From an uncultured Bacilli bacterium (lineage in GTDB: Bacteria; Bacillota_I; Bacilli_A; RF39; UBA660), in assembly GCA_910577075.1 (NCBI GenBank), contig CAJTKV010000005.1:680-64679 (forward strand): 64,000 bases of DNA, in the 5' to 3' direction. Under the pieces are notes generated by a model. The model was not told the DNA's origin. It worked only from the letters and a program-made list of their open reading frames with translations, and did not search any database. The position numbers and the translations under genes are program-made. Below, piece after piece: positions 20,365 through 30,499 of this stretch. Each line of letters starts with the position of its first letter. Position 1 is the first letter of the stretch.

Positions 20365-20410
20365 TAAGAAATTATCATTTTTTTGTGGTATAGTATGATT
20401 GGTGATGGAG

Positions 20411-20665
20411 ATGAATTTTGATAATATTGAGGTAGATATAAATCCCGATTATACAATGATGAAAAAAGTTAAAGACAAATTATATCTTTCCCAAGAACAG
20501 ATGGACATATTAAAGGAGTTTAATATTGATTATATGCAATATAACAATTTAAGAGAATTGATATTGGCCCTTGAGGAATTATATGAAACTTCGGGAGATG
20601 AGGCCATAAACAATCTTTTAGATATACTATCTGAAAGGGACTATTACGAAAATTACAATAAATAG
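20411..20665 (+). CDS. Hypothetical small acidic protein (84 aa)
   Basis: GGTGATGGAG RBS before MNFDNIEVD. Confidence 0.4.
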   Translation: MNFDNIEVDINPDYTMMKKVKDKLYLSQEQMDILKEFNIDYMQYNNLRELILALEELYETSGDEAINNLLDILSERDYYENYNK

Positions 20666-20732
20666 TTGTTGATATTCAATAAAAATATGCTATAATTAAG
20701 TATATAAGATGTATATGCATAGGAGGATTATC

Positions 20733-20957
20733 ATGGGATTAGTTATTAGACTAGATCGCATCATGGCTGATCGAAAAATATCTTTAAAGGACCTTGCTTT
20801 AAATGTAGGAATTACTACTGCTAATTTATCTAATCTAAAAACAGGTAAAGCCAAAGCAATTCGTTTTTCAACTTTGGAAGCAATTTGTCATACATTAAAG
20901 TGCCAACCTGGAGATATACTAGAATTTACAGAAGATGATAAAGATGATTTATTATAA
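20733..20957 (+). CDS. XRE/Cro-type HTH transcriptional regulator (YozG-like, 74 aa)
   Basis: AGGAGGA RBS. The HTH is ISLKDLALNVGITTANLSNLKTGKAKAIRFSTLEAICHTL. Confidence 0.65.
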   Translation: MGLVIRLDRIMADRKISLKDLALNVGITTANLSNLKTGKAKAIRFSTLEAICHTLKCQPGDILEFTEDDKDDLL

Positions 20958-20982
20958 AAAGCCGATATAATATCGACTTTTT

Positions 20983-21642
20983 TTATTGTTCAAAAATAGC
21001 AAATTCGCGAGGATGGCGCGTTTCAAAGGTATAAACTTTTTTACTTATAGGATGAATTATCTCAAGTTTTAGAGCATGTAAGCAAATACGCCTTAAAGGG
21101 TTTTTGGTAGATCCATATTTTTTGTCGCCTATTATGGGATGATTGATATTTTGCATAGCGACTCTTATTTGATTTTTACGGCCCGTTTTAATATTTATTT
21201 TAAGTGTTGAGAAAGCCTTACTTCGCTTTATTACTTCGTATTCTGTAATAGCTTCTTTTCCGGAAGAATCATCTGTAGCATAAGTAAGCAAAGTCTTGGT
21301 TTCTTTTAAATATTCTTTGATCGTCTGTTTTACAGGATCAACATATCCTTCGACGACGGCAATATACTCGCGTGTAATAGCACAGTTATTCCAATCATTT
21401 TGAAGGAGTTCTTTTAACTTTTGATTTTTGGCAAATAGAACAATTCCGGATGTATCACGATCAAGACGATGAACAATAAAGACCTTATTGCTTTTATTTT
21501 TTCTTTTTAAGTATTCGTATACTTTGTGATATAGAGTGTTGACTTTTTCATCCTCGGTAGCTATTGTCAACATGTGTGCTGGTTTATTTACGACAATTAA
21601 TTCCTTATCTTCGTATATAATATCTAATTTATCTTTTACCAT
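20983..21642 (-). CDS. RluA-family 23S rRNA/tRNA pseudouridine synthase
   Basis: Catalytic HRLDRDTSGIVLFAKN motif; 219 aa. Confidence 0.85.
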   Translation of the reverse strand: MVKDKLDIIYEDKELIVVNKPAHMLTIATEDEKVNTLYHKVYEYLKRKNKSNKVFIVHRLDRDTSGIVLFAKNQKLKELLQNDWNNCAITREYIAVVEGYVDPVKQTIKEYLKETKTLLTYATDDSSGKEAITEYEVIKRSKAFSTLKINIKTGRKNQIRVAMQNINHPIIGDKKYGSTKNPLRRICLHALKLEIIHPISKKVYTFETRHPREFAIFEQ

Positions 21643-21644
21643 TT

Positions 21645-22298
21645 CTATCCCCTTTTTAATTTAATGAGTAATATACTTAGTAGGACGATTCCCGAATTTA
21701 TAAACAATAAATAATGAAGTGTTCTTTGATCAAACGATTTTATTTTTATAGTATTCTCAGTTTGATTTTGCTCAGTATTATTAATATCTATCCCGCTTTT
21801 ACAGTATTTTTCTTTAATATTTGGATAATTCCATATTCCAAGTTTGGACGTTAAAGCTTCCTTTTGAGAATCACATAAGTTGGTTAAATATTTATAATCG
21901 GAAGTTACATAATTTACTTGGCCATAGCCCTTTTTAATTAAGATATCTTGAAGTAATTTCCCGTCAACATAAACCCAAGCTAATTCGCGATTATATTTAT
22001 CTTTTTTTAATGCTTTTATGTCATATTCAATTTCGATTTTTTTAGCTTCTTTAAGTAACGAACAGGCATATTCATCTATCTCTTTAGATATTTCCCCATC
22101 TTCGGAATCAAATGCTAATAGTCTTATTCTTTTAACTTTGCCATCTACTTCATACCAGGAATTGGTTGCCGATAGACAATTTACTAAACTGACTTCTTTT
22201 TTATCTTCCGTGGGCATAGTTACTTCTTCTGCATAAGTGTTAACCATAAATGCTACTAAAGATATGAATAATAAAACTGCCTTTTTCATATTCTTCAC
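21645..22298 (-). CDS. Secreted, membrane-anchored thermonuclease (SNase-like)
   Basis: Signal peptide and a C-terminal hydrophobic anchor. The SNase core VKRIRLLAFDSEDGE...DKYNRELAWVYVDGKLLQDILIKKGYGQVNYV is present. Confidence 0.75.
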   Translation of the reverse strand: MKNMKKAVLLFISLVAFMVNTYAEEVTMPTEDKKEVSLVNCLSATNSWYEVDGKVKRIRLLAFDSEDGEISKEIDEYACSLLKEAKKIEIEYDIKALKKDKYNRELAWVYVDGKLLQDILIKKGYGQVNYVTSDYKYLTNLCDSQKEALTSKLGIWNYPNIKEKYCKSGIDINNTEQNQTENTIKIKSFDQRTLHYLLFINSGIVLLSILLIKLKRG

Positions 22299-22403
22299 CT
22301 ACTATTGATTATATAAAATTATATGAACTTTGTAAATGAATATGCTTTATTTACTTGTATAAATCAGTGTTTATTTGTATAATTATAATAGAGGTGATAT
22401 TAA

Positions 22404-23138
22404 ATGGCTAACACAGAAGAAACTAAAAAGAAAGGAACAAGCCAAAACAGCAATAAAAATAATACTGCTAAAAATAATACAAACAACAATAAATCTAACA
22501 ATAATAAGAAACAACCTGCTAAAAATAATACTCAACAGAACAAGAATACACAAGCTAAGAAGAATAACCAAAATACAAATAAAAATACACCGAAGAAAAC
22601 TACTAACAATAATAAACCAAAGAAGAAACCAGCAAAGACTGCTGATGAGTTAAAGAGTGTCGTTAATAATAAGGCACCACAAAATAAAAAAGAGAATGTT
22701 CAAGAAAAAAAAGAGGTTGAGGTTAAAGAGGAAGTAAAAGAAGAAACTGTTGTTTTAAAGGAAGAAGTTGCTTCTACGCCAAAAGAAAGCAAGATTGAGG
22801 AAAAAGAAATTATAGAACCTGTAGTTGAAGAACTTCCAGTTGAAGATGAGGTTACAACTACAAAAGTTGAGGAAGAGGATAAGAAGAAGGACGAGAAATT
22901 ATCAGCTGATATGGAAGTGGATAAGGAAAAAGTCGCCTATAATGCTAAAAAGGACAAATTAGTTGATTTAGGTATTTTAGTAATTATTATTGGCTTATTT
23001 ATTCTAGTTCTTACAACTTACTTAACTAGTGCAATGGATTTATCTTATACTGTTACAAATAATTTAGTAATTTTAGCTTTAGTTGTTGAAGCTATTGGAA
23101 TGGCTGTAATCATAGTTAATTCCCTATTTAGAAAATAA
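22404..23138 (+). CDS. Low-complexity (N/K/T/E-rich) protein with two C-terminal TM helices
   Basis: Strong promoter (TTGTAT-17-TATAAT) and RBS GAGGTGA. The N-terminal 190 aa appear disordered. Confidence 0.5.
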   Translation: MANTEETKKKGTSQNSNKNNTAKNNTNNNKSNNNKKQPAKNNTQQNKNTQAKKNNQNTNKNTPKKTTNNNKPKKKPAKTADELKSVVNNKAPQNKKENVQEKKEVEVKEEVKEETVVLKEEVASTPKESKIEEKEIIEPVVEELPVEDEVTTTKVEEEDKKKDEKLSADMEVDKEKVAYNAKKDKLVDLGILVIIIGLFILVLTTYLTSAMDLSYTVTNNLVILALVVEAIGMAVIIVNSLFRK

Positions 23139-23851
23139 TGAACGAAATTGAAAAATTAAAAGAGATAATAAAATCTTCTAAGAGAATCGTCTTCTTTGGA
23201 GGAGCAGGAGTATCTACAGAAAGTGGTATTCCAGACTTTCGAAGCAAAGATGGTCTTTATAATCAAAAATATGATTATAATCCCGAAGAGATATTATCTC
23301 ATTCTTTTTTTATAGATAATCCAGAGTACTTTTATAAATTTTATTTTGATAAAATGATTTATCAGGATATAAAACCCAATGAATGTCATAAATATTTAGC
23401 AAAACTTGAACAAGATAATAAATTATTATGTGTTATTACCCAAAATATCGATAATTTGCATGAACTTGCTGGCAGCAAACGCGTTATTCATTTACATGGA
23501 GAAGTAATGAAGAATCATTGTATGAATTGTAATGCGTTTTATAGTTTAGATGAATTACCAAGAGATGGTGTTCCTAAATGTAAGTGTGGTGGCATTATTA
23601 AACCAGATGTCGTTTTGTATGAAGAACCTTTAAAGGAAGAAGATGTGGAGATGGCAATTGAAGAGATAAGCAAGGCCGATACTTTGATTATTGGTGGTAC
23701 TTCTTTATCTGTCTATCCGGCTGCTAGTTATGTCAACTTTTTTAAGGGTGATAACCTAATTGTTATCAATCGTGATATAATAGGTAGTGTGAAAGCAAAT
23801 TTGCAAATTAACGCTTCAATAAGTGAAGTATTTGCAAAATTAAAGGATTAG
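23138..23851 (+). CDS. cobB: NAD-dependent protein deacylase (Sir2/CobB)
   Basis: GAGVSTESGIPDFRS, QNIDNLHELAG and the Zn ribbon CMNC...CKCGG. Confidence 0.85.
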   Translation: MNEIEKLKEIIKSSKRIVFFGGAGVSTESGIPDFRSKDGLYNQKYDYNPEEILSHSFFIDNPEYFYKFYFDKMIYQDIKPNECHKYLAKLEQDNKLLCVITQNIDNLHELAGSKRVIHLHGEVMKNHCMNCNAFYSLDELPRDGVPKCKCGGIIKPDVVLYEEPLKEEDVEMAIEEISKADTLIIGGTSLSVYPAASYVNFFKGDNLIVINRDIIGSVKANLQINASISEVFAKLKD

Positions 23852-23859
23852 GTGAGTGT

Positions 23860-24882
23860 ATGGAATCAAGTGCTTTAACTAAATTTATTTCAATTATCTA
23901 TTGGATTTTATGTTTTTTATTACCTGTGATATATTTGATAATTTACCACAATAAGGTAAAGAAGAAAAAAAGGAAAAACTATAATAGGGCTTTTGGCGTT
24001 GCTTTTGTTATATTTATTATCCTATTTGGCATAAAATTATTACTGAGATTAAATGTTGCTATTTTTGAATATCCAAATTGTTTAATCAATAATATATGTG
24101 AAGAAGAAGAGGAAGATATACCGGTGAATAAGGAAAATGATAAGACAACTAAGAAAACGACGACAAGTACTAGCACTTCAACGAAAACGACCAATTCGAC
24201 GACGAAGAAAATTACCAACGAAAAAACATATGCAAAGGTTAAAGATATCGATGGAGAAAAGATCAGTAAAGGAAAAACTAGTAAGGGATACGATATTTAT
24301 GAAATCAATGGAGTTACATATGTTGATGGATATTTAATCGCCAATAAGACTTACTTTTTACCAGAAGATTATGCTCCAAGTGATACTTATACTAAAGCCG
24401 ATAAAGAAGCTACTCGTCAATGTGCAACATGCATAAACAATACGGCATATCAAGCTTATAAAGATATGAAAGCTGATGCCAGTGCGCTTAATTTAAATAT
24501 ATACATTTCAAGTGGCTTTAGATCGTTTATAACACAGAGAAATATCTATAATAGAAATGTTAAGAATAATGGACAGCAAAAGGCTGACACTTATTCGGCT
24601 CGTCCAGGTAGTTCGGAACATCAAACAGGTCTATGTTTTGATTTGAATACAATTGATTCATCTTTTGCCAACACGGCAGAAGGAAAATGGGTCAACCAAA
24701 ATGCTTGGAAATATGGATATATTATCAGATATCCTAAGGGTAAAAATGATGAAACAGGCTATATCTATGAACCTTGGCATTTGAGATATGTTGGAACAGA
24801 ACTTGCCCGCAAATTATATAATAATGGTGATTGGATAAGTATAGAAGATTATTTTGGAATAACAAGTAAATATGATGAATAG
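23860..24882 (+). CDS. VanY-like D-Ala-D-Ala carboxypeptidase (peptidase M15B), membrane-anchored
   Basis: N-terminal TM and a Thr/Ser-rich linker. Zn motifs SEHQTGLCFDL, EPWHLRYVG and SGFRSF. Confidence 0.8.
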   Translation: MESSALTKFISIIYWILCFLLPVIYLIIYHNKVKKKKRKNYNRAFGVAFVIFIILFGIKLLLRLNVAIFEYPNCLINNICEEEEEDIPVNKENDKTTKKTTTSTSTSTKTTNSTTKKITNEKTYAKVKDIDGEKISKGKTSKGYDIYEINGVTYVDGYLIANKTYFLPEDYAPSDTYTKADKEATRQCATCINNTAYQAYKDMKADASALNLNIYISSGFRSFITQRNIYNRNVKNNGQQKADTYSARPGSSEHQTGLCFDLNTIDSSFANTAEGKWVNQNAWKYGYIIRYPKGKNDETGYIYEPWHLRYVGTELARKLYNNGDWISIEDYFGITSKYDE

Positions 24883-24949
24883 AGAAGAATCTGATAATAG
24901 ATTCTTTTTTTAATTTTTGTAAAATGTTATAATTTTATTAGGTGATAAT

Positions 24950-27331
24950 ATGGATAATCTAGCAAATTTAGAAAGTAATACAATATTAATTATTCCCAAT
25001 AATATAAGAATGAAAGTGCTCGATAGATTATCAATGGGAGAAACGCCATATAATATAAAAATCATGTCCTTTAATGATTTTAAAAGGGGCTTATTATTTG
25101 ACTATACTAATGAAGCTATATATTCCGTTATGAGGGAATATAACATCAATTATGGTGTGAGCAAAAGTTATATTAATGATCTTTATACCTTAAAGGAAGA
25201 GGATTATACCGAGAAAAAATTAAAGAACTTAATGGAAATTAAAAAATTCTTAGATAGTAAAGGCTTACTCATTAGAGATAATTTATTTGGAAGTATGCTA
25301 AAATCTAAAAAAAAAGTATATGTCTTCGGTTTTGATTATATCAATAAATTTAATAATTATTTACTTGATTTGACAAAGGAATATATCGATGTTGAAATAT
25401 TAGAAAAAGATAATAAGAAATTAAGTTGCAATGTTTATAACTGCCAAACTTTAAACAAAGAAATAGAATTTATAGCAGAAAAGATGGCCGATTTAATAGG
25501 TAATGGTGTTGATGCAAGTAAAATCTTTATTGCCAATTACAGTAATGAGTATTATTTCTCTTTTAAGAGAATATTTAAAGAGTATAATATACCTTTTTAT
25601 ATAAAAGGAGAAACCACTTTGTATACAACTTCTATTGGAAATTATTTTATAAATAACTTATGTGATAATTTAGACTTATTATTGTATAAAATTAGAAAAC
25701 ACTTTGATGTGAATAATAATCCCGTAAATGAAAGTGTTTATAAAGTTTTATCTACCTTAGTTAATAATTATTATTGGTGTGATAATATTTTAGAAATTAA
25801 GGATCTAATTATTGAAGAGATGAGAAATGCGAAGATACCTTGTAAGCATAATAAAAAGGAAATAAGAACTACTAATATATTAGATAATTTTTTTGATGAT
25901 GATGAATATGTCTTTTTAATTGGCTTTAACTTAGGTAGTATTCCTAAATTAAGAAAAGATGAAGATTATCTCAATGATGCGATAAAGCCAGATATTATTG
26001 ATAAAAGTTATGAATATAATAAAAACATTAAGGTAGCGTTACTCAAAGCTTTATCAAACATTAAGAATTTAACTATTACATATAAAGAATCTAGTGCATT
26101 CAATAGTTATTATCCAAGTTTCTTAACAGATTATCCACAGTTTAAAGTTAGCAATATTGAAGAAAGCTATTCTCAGTATTCGGATAATATCAATAAGTTA
26201 AATTATGCCAAGAGTTTGGATAACTTGATTAAATTCAATGAACAAAATGAACTACTACCTATTTATAAAAACAGCTATGATATTCCCTATAACAGTTATA
26301 GTAACGCTTTCACTGGTCTAGATGAAGATGCTTTATTTAAGGCGATAGACAATAAAATTAAATTTTCTTATTCTAATATTATTCACTACTACAAATGTCC
26401 GTTTATGTTTTATGTAAGTGATATTTTAAAAGTGCGAGAATTTGAAAGTACACTTGATCAATTTATTGGCAGTCTATTTCATTATACATTGGAAAAATGT
26501 CTCGATAACGATGATAATATTGATAAAGTTTATGATAGTTATATCACGGAACATAAGCCAATTCGTACTCCAAAAGAGGAGTTTTTCATCAATACTTTAA
26601 GAGATGAAATTCATTTTGTAATTGACGCGATAAGGGAGCAGTATAAACATTCTAAGCATAAAGAAGTATGGATGGAGAAAGAAATAGAAATACCTATAAA
26701 GAGAAAAATTCAAACGACAATTAAGGGTTTTGTCGATAAGATATTGGTGTGTGATAAAAATGTCATAATAATTGATTACAAGACTAGTAATTCACAGACT
26801 ATTAACAAAGACTATTTTGAATTTGGCATAGATATTCAGCTTCCAATATATCTATATCTTTTAAAACAACTAGATAGTAATCTTGAAGTGACGGGGTTAT
26901 ACCTTCAGCATATTCTAAATTTGGATATGAAATATGAACCCAATAAGGATGCGATAAGTGAAAAGAAGAAGAAATTAAAGTTAGACGGCATTACATTTAA
27001 CGATGAACAGACCATTTCTCTATTTGATGATACTTATGAAAAAAGTGAAGTTATTCAGAGTATGAAAGTGACAAAATCCTATGGAGGAATAAAGAACACC
27101 AATCGCATTTTAGACGTATCTGCGCGAGATGAAATTCAAGAAATTATTGAGGGATTAATCCTCAATTGCATAGATAAAGTCGTCGAAGCAGAATTTGATA
27201 TTAGACCTATTGATATAGATTATGGTCAAGTAAATGGATGTAAATTTTGTGAATATCGCGATATCTGTTATCGAAGAGTAAGTGATTTTAATAAGGTTAT
27301 AACTAGCAAGGGAGATGAGGAAAATGAGTAA
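24950..27331 (+). CDS. addB: ATP-dependent helicase/nuclease subunit B (AddB/RexB), short form
   Basis: Degenerate helicase-like N-terminus. The C-terminal PD-(D/E)xK nuclease has an Fe-S Cys cluster (CPFMFY ... GCKFCEYRDICYRR). It is followed, with an 8-nt overlap, by addA. Confidence 0.8.
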   Translation: MDNLANLESNTILIIPNNIRMKVLDRLSMGETPYNIKIMSFNDFKRGLLFDYTNEAIYSVMREYNINYGVSKSYINDLYTLKEEDYTEKKLKNLMEIKKFLDSKGLLIRDNLFGSMLKSKKKVYVFGFDYINKFNNYLLDLTKEYIDVEILEKDNKKLSCNVYNCQTLNKEIEFIAEKMADLIGNGVDASKIFIANYSNEYYFSFKRIFKEYNIPFYIKGETTLYTTSIGNYFINNLCDNLDLLLYKIRKHFDVNNNPVNESVYKVLSTLVNNYYWCDNILEIKDLIIEEMRNAKIPCKHNKKEIRTTNILDNFFDDDEYVFLIGFNLGSIPKLRKDEDYLNDAIKPDIIDKSYEYNKNIKVALLKALSNIKNLTITYKESSAFNSYYPSFLTDYPQFKVSNIEESYSQYSDNINKLNYAKSLDNLIKFNEQNELLPIYKNSYDIPYNSYSNAFTGLDEDALFKAIDNKIKFSYSNIIHYYKCPFMFYVSDILKVREFESTLDQFIGSLFHYTLEKCLDNDDNIDKVYDSYITEHKPIRTPKEEFFINTLRDEIHFVIDAIREQYKHSKHKEVWMEKEIEIPIKRKIQTTIKGFVDKILVCDKNVIIIDYKTSNSQTINKDYFEFGIDIQLPIYLYLLKQLDSNLEVTGLYLQHILNLDMKYEPNKDAISEKKKKLKLDGITFNDEQTISLFDDTYEKSEVIQSMKVTKSYGGIKNTNRILDVSARDEIQEIIEGLILNCIDKVVEAEFDIRPIDIDYGQVNGCKFCEYRDICYRRVSDFNKVITSKGDEENE

Positions 27332-30300
27332 ATTGACGGATGAACAACAATTAGCTGTCGATAAAAAAAATACGAATATTATTGTCTCTGCCGGTGCTGG
27401 TTCGGGAAAAACTACCGTATTAAAAACGCGAGTTTTAAGAGAATTAAAAGAGGGAGTTAACGTCAATAATCTTATTATTTTGACGTTTACTAATAATGCG
27501 GCTCAGGAGATGAAAGAGCGAATAAGAAAGACGATAAACGAGAACCCCGAGGTACAAGAACAAAGTGAACTAATTGATTCTGCCTATATAACGACTTTCG
27601 ATTCTTTTGCCCAAAGTTTGGTAAGAAAGTATAATTACTTATTAAATATCGATAAATCATTCACGATTGTCGATGCAACAATAGTGAATACTGAAACAAG
27701 TAAATTCCTAGATCAAATATTTGAGGAATTATATAAAGGGCATGATGCGCAATTTGAAAAAATGATAAAGGATTTAACAATTAAAGACGATAAAGATATA
27801 AAGTCCGCAATAATCAATGTCTATCATAGTCTGATAAATTTAATAGATCGCGAATATTTCTTAGATACTTATTTGGATAATTATTATAATGAGGAATATG
27901 TTGAAAACCTTTTTAAGGCTTTTGAAGAAGATATTCTCAATAGAACTAGTAAGTTAGTTCATCTATTAGAAGAGTTAGATGAAGAAATTATTGATGGGGA
28001 TAAATTAACTTTGATGATGAAGACAACTGAAGGAATAAGAAACGCCTCAACTTATGATGAAGTATTGGAAAGTCTAGATTTTCATTTAGAGAGAAAGTCA
28101 GATAAAACTTATACGGAAAATGGAATGGATTTAAAAGAAAAAATTGATAAAATTCACAAAGAGCTAAAAGAAAGAATTGTGGATTCAAAACAAAAGTTAA
28201 TAACTCATTATTTGTCAACAAGAGATTATGTTGAAATTATTATTCGAATTTTAAAAGAGCTAGATAAGAGAATAATGACATTTAAAAGAGAACATAATGC
28301 CTATGAATTTAACGATATTGCTCTCAAAGCTATTGAATTGGTAAGAGATCATGATGATGTCAAAGAAGAAATAAAAAATAATACTTTTGAAATAATGATT
28401 GACGAATATCAAGATACTAATGATATACAAGAGACTTTTATTTCCTATATTGAAAATAATAATGTATATATGGTTGGCGATATTAAGCAATCTATTTATC
28501 GTTTTAGAAATGCTAATCCATATATATTTAAGGCAAAGTATGATAAATATAAAGATGGTGTTGCGGGATTTAAAATTGACTTAAATAAAAATTTCCGTTC
28601 GCGAAAGGAAGTAATAAACAATATAAATCTAATTTTTAATAATTTAATGTTTGAAGATATTGGAGGAGCAAACTACGAGAAAGAACACCAAATGGTATTT
28701 GGCAATACGGCATATAATAGCGTGCAGATGAGTAACTATGATATGGAAATATTAAATTATAAAAATGATAAGAAAACATTTAAAAGTGAGGAACTTGAGT
28801 GCTTTATAATAGCTGATGACATCCTAAAAAGAATAAAGAATAAAGAACAAGTTGCATATTTTGATAAGGATGGATTAAAACACCGAGATATAGAATTTTC
28901 AGATATCGTTATACTGGTCGATAAAGGAAGAAATTTTGAATTGATAAAAAAGGTGTTAGAGACAAATCATATTGCTGCGACTATTGATAAAGATGTAAGC
29001 ATAAAAGATGAAGATGAAATATATATTCTAAAGAATATTATAAATCTAGTTATATGTATTAAGAAGAATATTTGTGATGGCAATTTTAAACATGCTTTTC
29101 TCTCAATTGCTAGATCTTATGTATTTAAAATGGAAGATGAAGAAATTTTCGAGATATTCACAAATGAAACATGGAAAGAAAGTGAACTATATTTAAAATG
29201 TGAAGATATTGCTAGAGTAATTGATGGAATGTCTAACAAGGAAATATTAACCTACATAATAGAAAGTTTTGATATAGTTAACAAATTGGTAAGTGTTGGC
29301 AATATTGAAGAAAGATTATCTAAATTAGAGTACTTTATTAATAATGCCATTTCTCTTAATAAGTTTGGTATGGATATATATGATATGAGTAGCTATTTTG
29401 AAGAGATTTTAAATGGGGATAATGATATTAAGATGTCTTCAACAAAGGCAAATGGCAATGCTGTTAAGATAATGACGATTCACAAATCTAAGGGATTGGA
29501 ATTCAATTATGTATATTTACCTTTTTTAACAAGTGATTTCAACAAAAAAGTTTCTAATTCTAAATTTAAATTCTCTAATAAATATGGAATAATTACACCT
29601 TTTTACGATAATGGTAGAGGCGAGACTTTTGTAAATGTCTTATATAATCATAACGAGAGAATGGAAGAATTGTCTGAGAAAATACGATTATTTTATGTTG
29701 CTCTTACTAGAGCAAAAGAAAAAGTTATAATGATTACTAGTTTAGACGAAAAGATTGAACCAGTTGAAGGAAATGTTACCATGGATGATTTAAGCGATGC
29801 TAAATCTTATATGCAGCTAATATCTCTATTAAAATATAAATTAAATAATTATATAAAGGATATTGATATTAATGATTTAGATATTGATACAAATTATAAT
29901 GAAGTATTTACAACGAACTATAAAGATAAAATTGCGAGTACTAAGGATACTATTCAAATTAAAAATTTGGAATTGGATAATAGTCTTTTGGATAACAAAC
30001 ATTTTTCAAAGGGATTATCAAAAGTTATAGATAGAGAGTTAAAGAAAAAATTGGATTTTGGAACATTTATGCACTATGTCTTTGAAGTATATGATTTTAA
30101 CAATGACAATATAGATGATTTGAATATCGGTGAGGAATATAAAGATAGAATAAGAAAATTTTTAAATCATGAAGAGACAAAAAATATAAAGAATGCAAAA
30201 GTATATAAGGAACATGAGATATACTTTGAAAGTAATGATGCCTCTTTTCACGGATTTATTGATTTATTAGTAGAATACTCTGATCACTTTGATATTATTG

Positions 30301-30443
30301 ATTATAAATTATCCAATATTAATAGTGAGGAATATAATAAGCAATTACAGGGTTATAAAGATTATATTGAAAACAAATATAAAAAACCAGCAAATGCATA
30401 TCTTTATTCGATAAATAAAGATGAATTAAAAAAAGTAATGTGA
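27324..30443 (+). CDS. addA: ATP-dependent helicase/nuclease subunit A (AddA/RexA)
   Basis: UvrD-like motifs SAGAGSGKTTVL and IMIDEYQDTN, plus a C-terminal RecB-type nuclease (GFIDLLVEYSDHFDIIDYK). Confidence 0.85.
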   Translation: MSKLTDEQQLAVDKKNTNIIVSAGAGSGKTTVLKTRVLRELKEGVNVNNLIILTFTNNAAQEMKERIRKTINENPEVQEQSELIDSAYITTFDSFAQSLVRKYNYLLNIDKSFTIVDATIVNTETSKFLDQIFEELYKGHDAQFEKMIKDLTIKDDKDIKSAIINVYHSLINLIDREYFLDTYLDNYYNEEYVENLFKAFEEDILNRTSKLVHLLEELDEEIIDGDKLTLMMKTTEGIRNASTYDEVLESLDFHLERKSDKTYTENGMDLKEKIDKIHKELKERIVDSKQKLITHYLSTRDYVEIIIRILKELDKRIMTFKREHNAYEFNDIALKAIELVRDHDDVKEEIKNNTFEIMIDEYQDTNDIQETFISYIENNNVYMVGDIKQSIYRFRNANPYIFKAKYDKYKDGVAGFKIDLNKNFRSRKEVINNINLIFNNLMFEDIGGANYEKEHQMVFGNTAYNSVQMSNYDMEILNYKNDKKTFKSEELECFIIADDILKRIKNKEQVAYFDKDGLKHRDIEFSDIVILVDKGRNFELIKKVLETNHIAATIDKDVSIKDEDEIYILKNIINLVICIKKNICDGNFKHAFLSIARSYVFKMEDEEIFEIFTNETWKESELYLKCEDIARVIDGMSNKEILTYIIESFDIVNKLVSVGNIEERLSKLEYFINNAISLNKFGMDIYDMSSYFEEILNGDNDIKMSSTKANGNAVKIMTIHKSKGLEFNYVYLPFLTSDFNKKVSNSKFKFSNKYGIITPFYDNGRGETFVNVLYNHNERMEELSEKIRLFYVALTRAKEKVIMITSLDEKIEPVEGNVTMDDLSDAKSYMQLISLLKYKLNNYIKDIDINDLDIDTNYNEVFTTNYKDKIASTKDTIQIKNLELDNSLLDNKHFSKGLSKVIDRELKKKLDFGTFMHYVFEVYDFNNDNIDDLNIGEEYKDRIRKFLNHEETKNIKNAKVYKEHEIYFESNDASFHGFIDLLVEYSDHFDIIDYKLSNINSEEYNKQLQGYKDYIENKYKKPANAYLYSINKDELKKVM

Positions 30444-30499
30444 GAAAGAAGAAGTAATTCTTCTTTTTTTCGTGTACATATATTATAGGAGGTTTTAAA

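Noticed and set aside
23138-23851. Sir2 domain as a defence (Thoeris/DSR-like) effector
   Set aside because: Its size, Zn-ribbon and motifs fit housekeeping CobB deacylase. No partner defence genes are adjacent.
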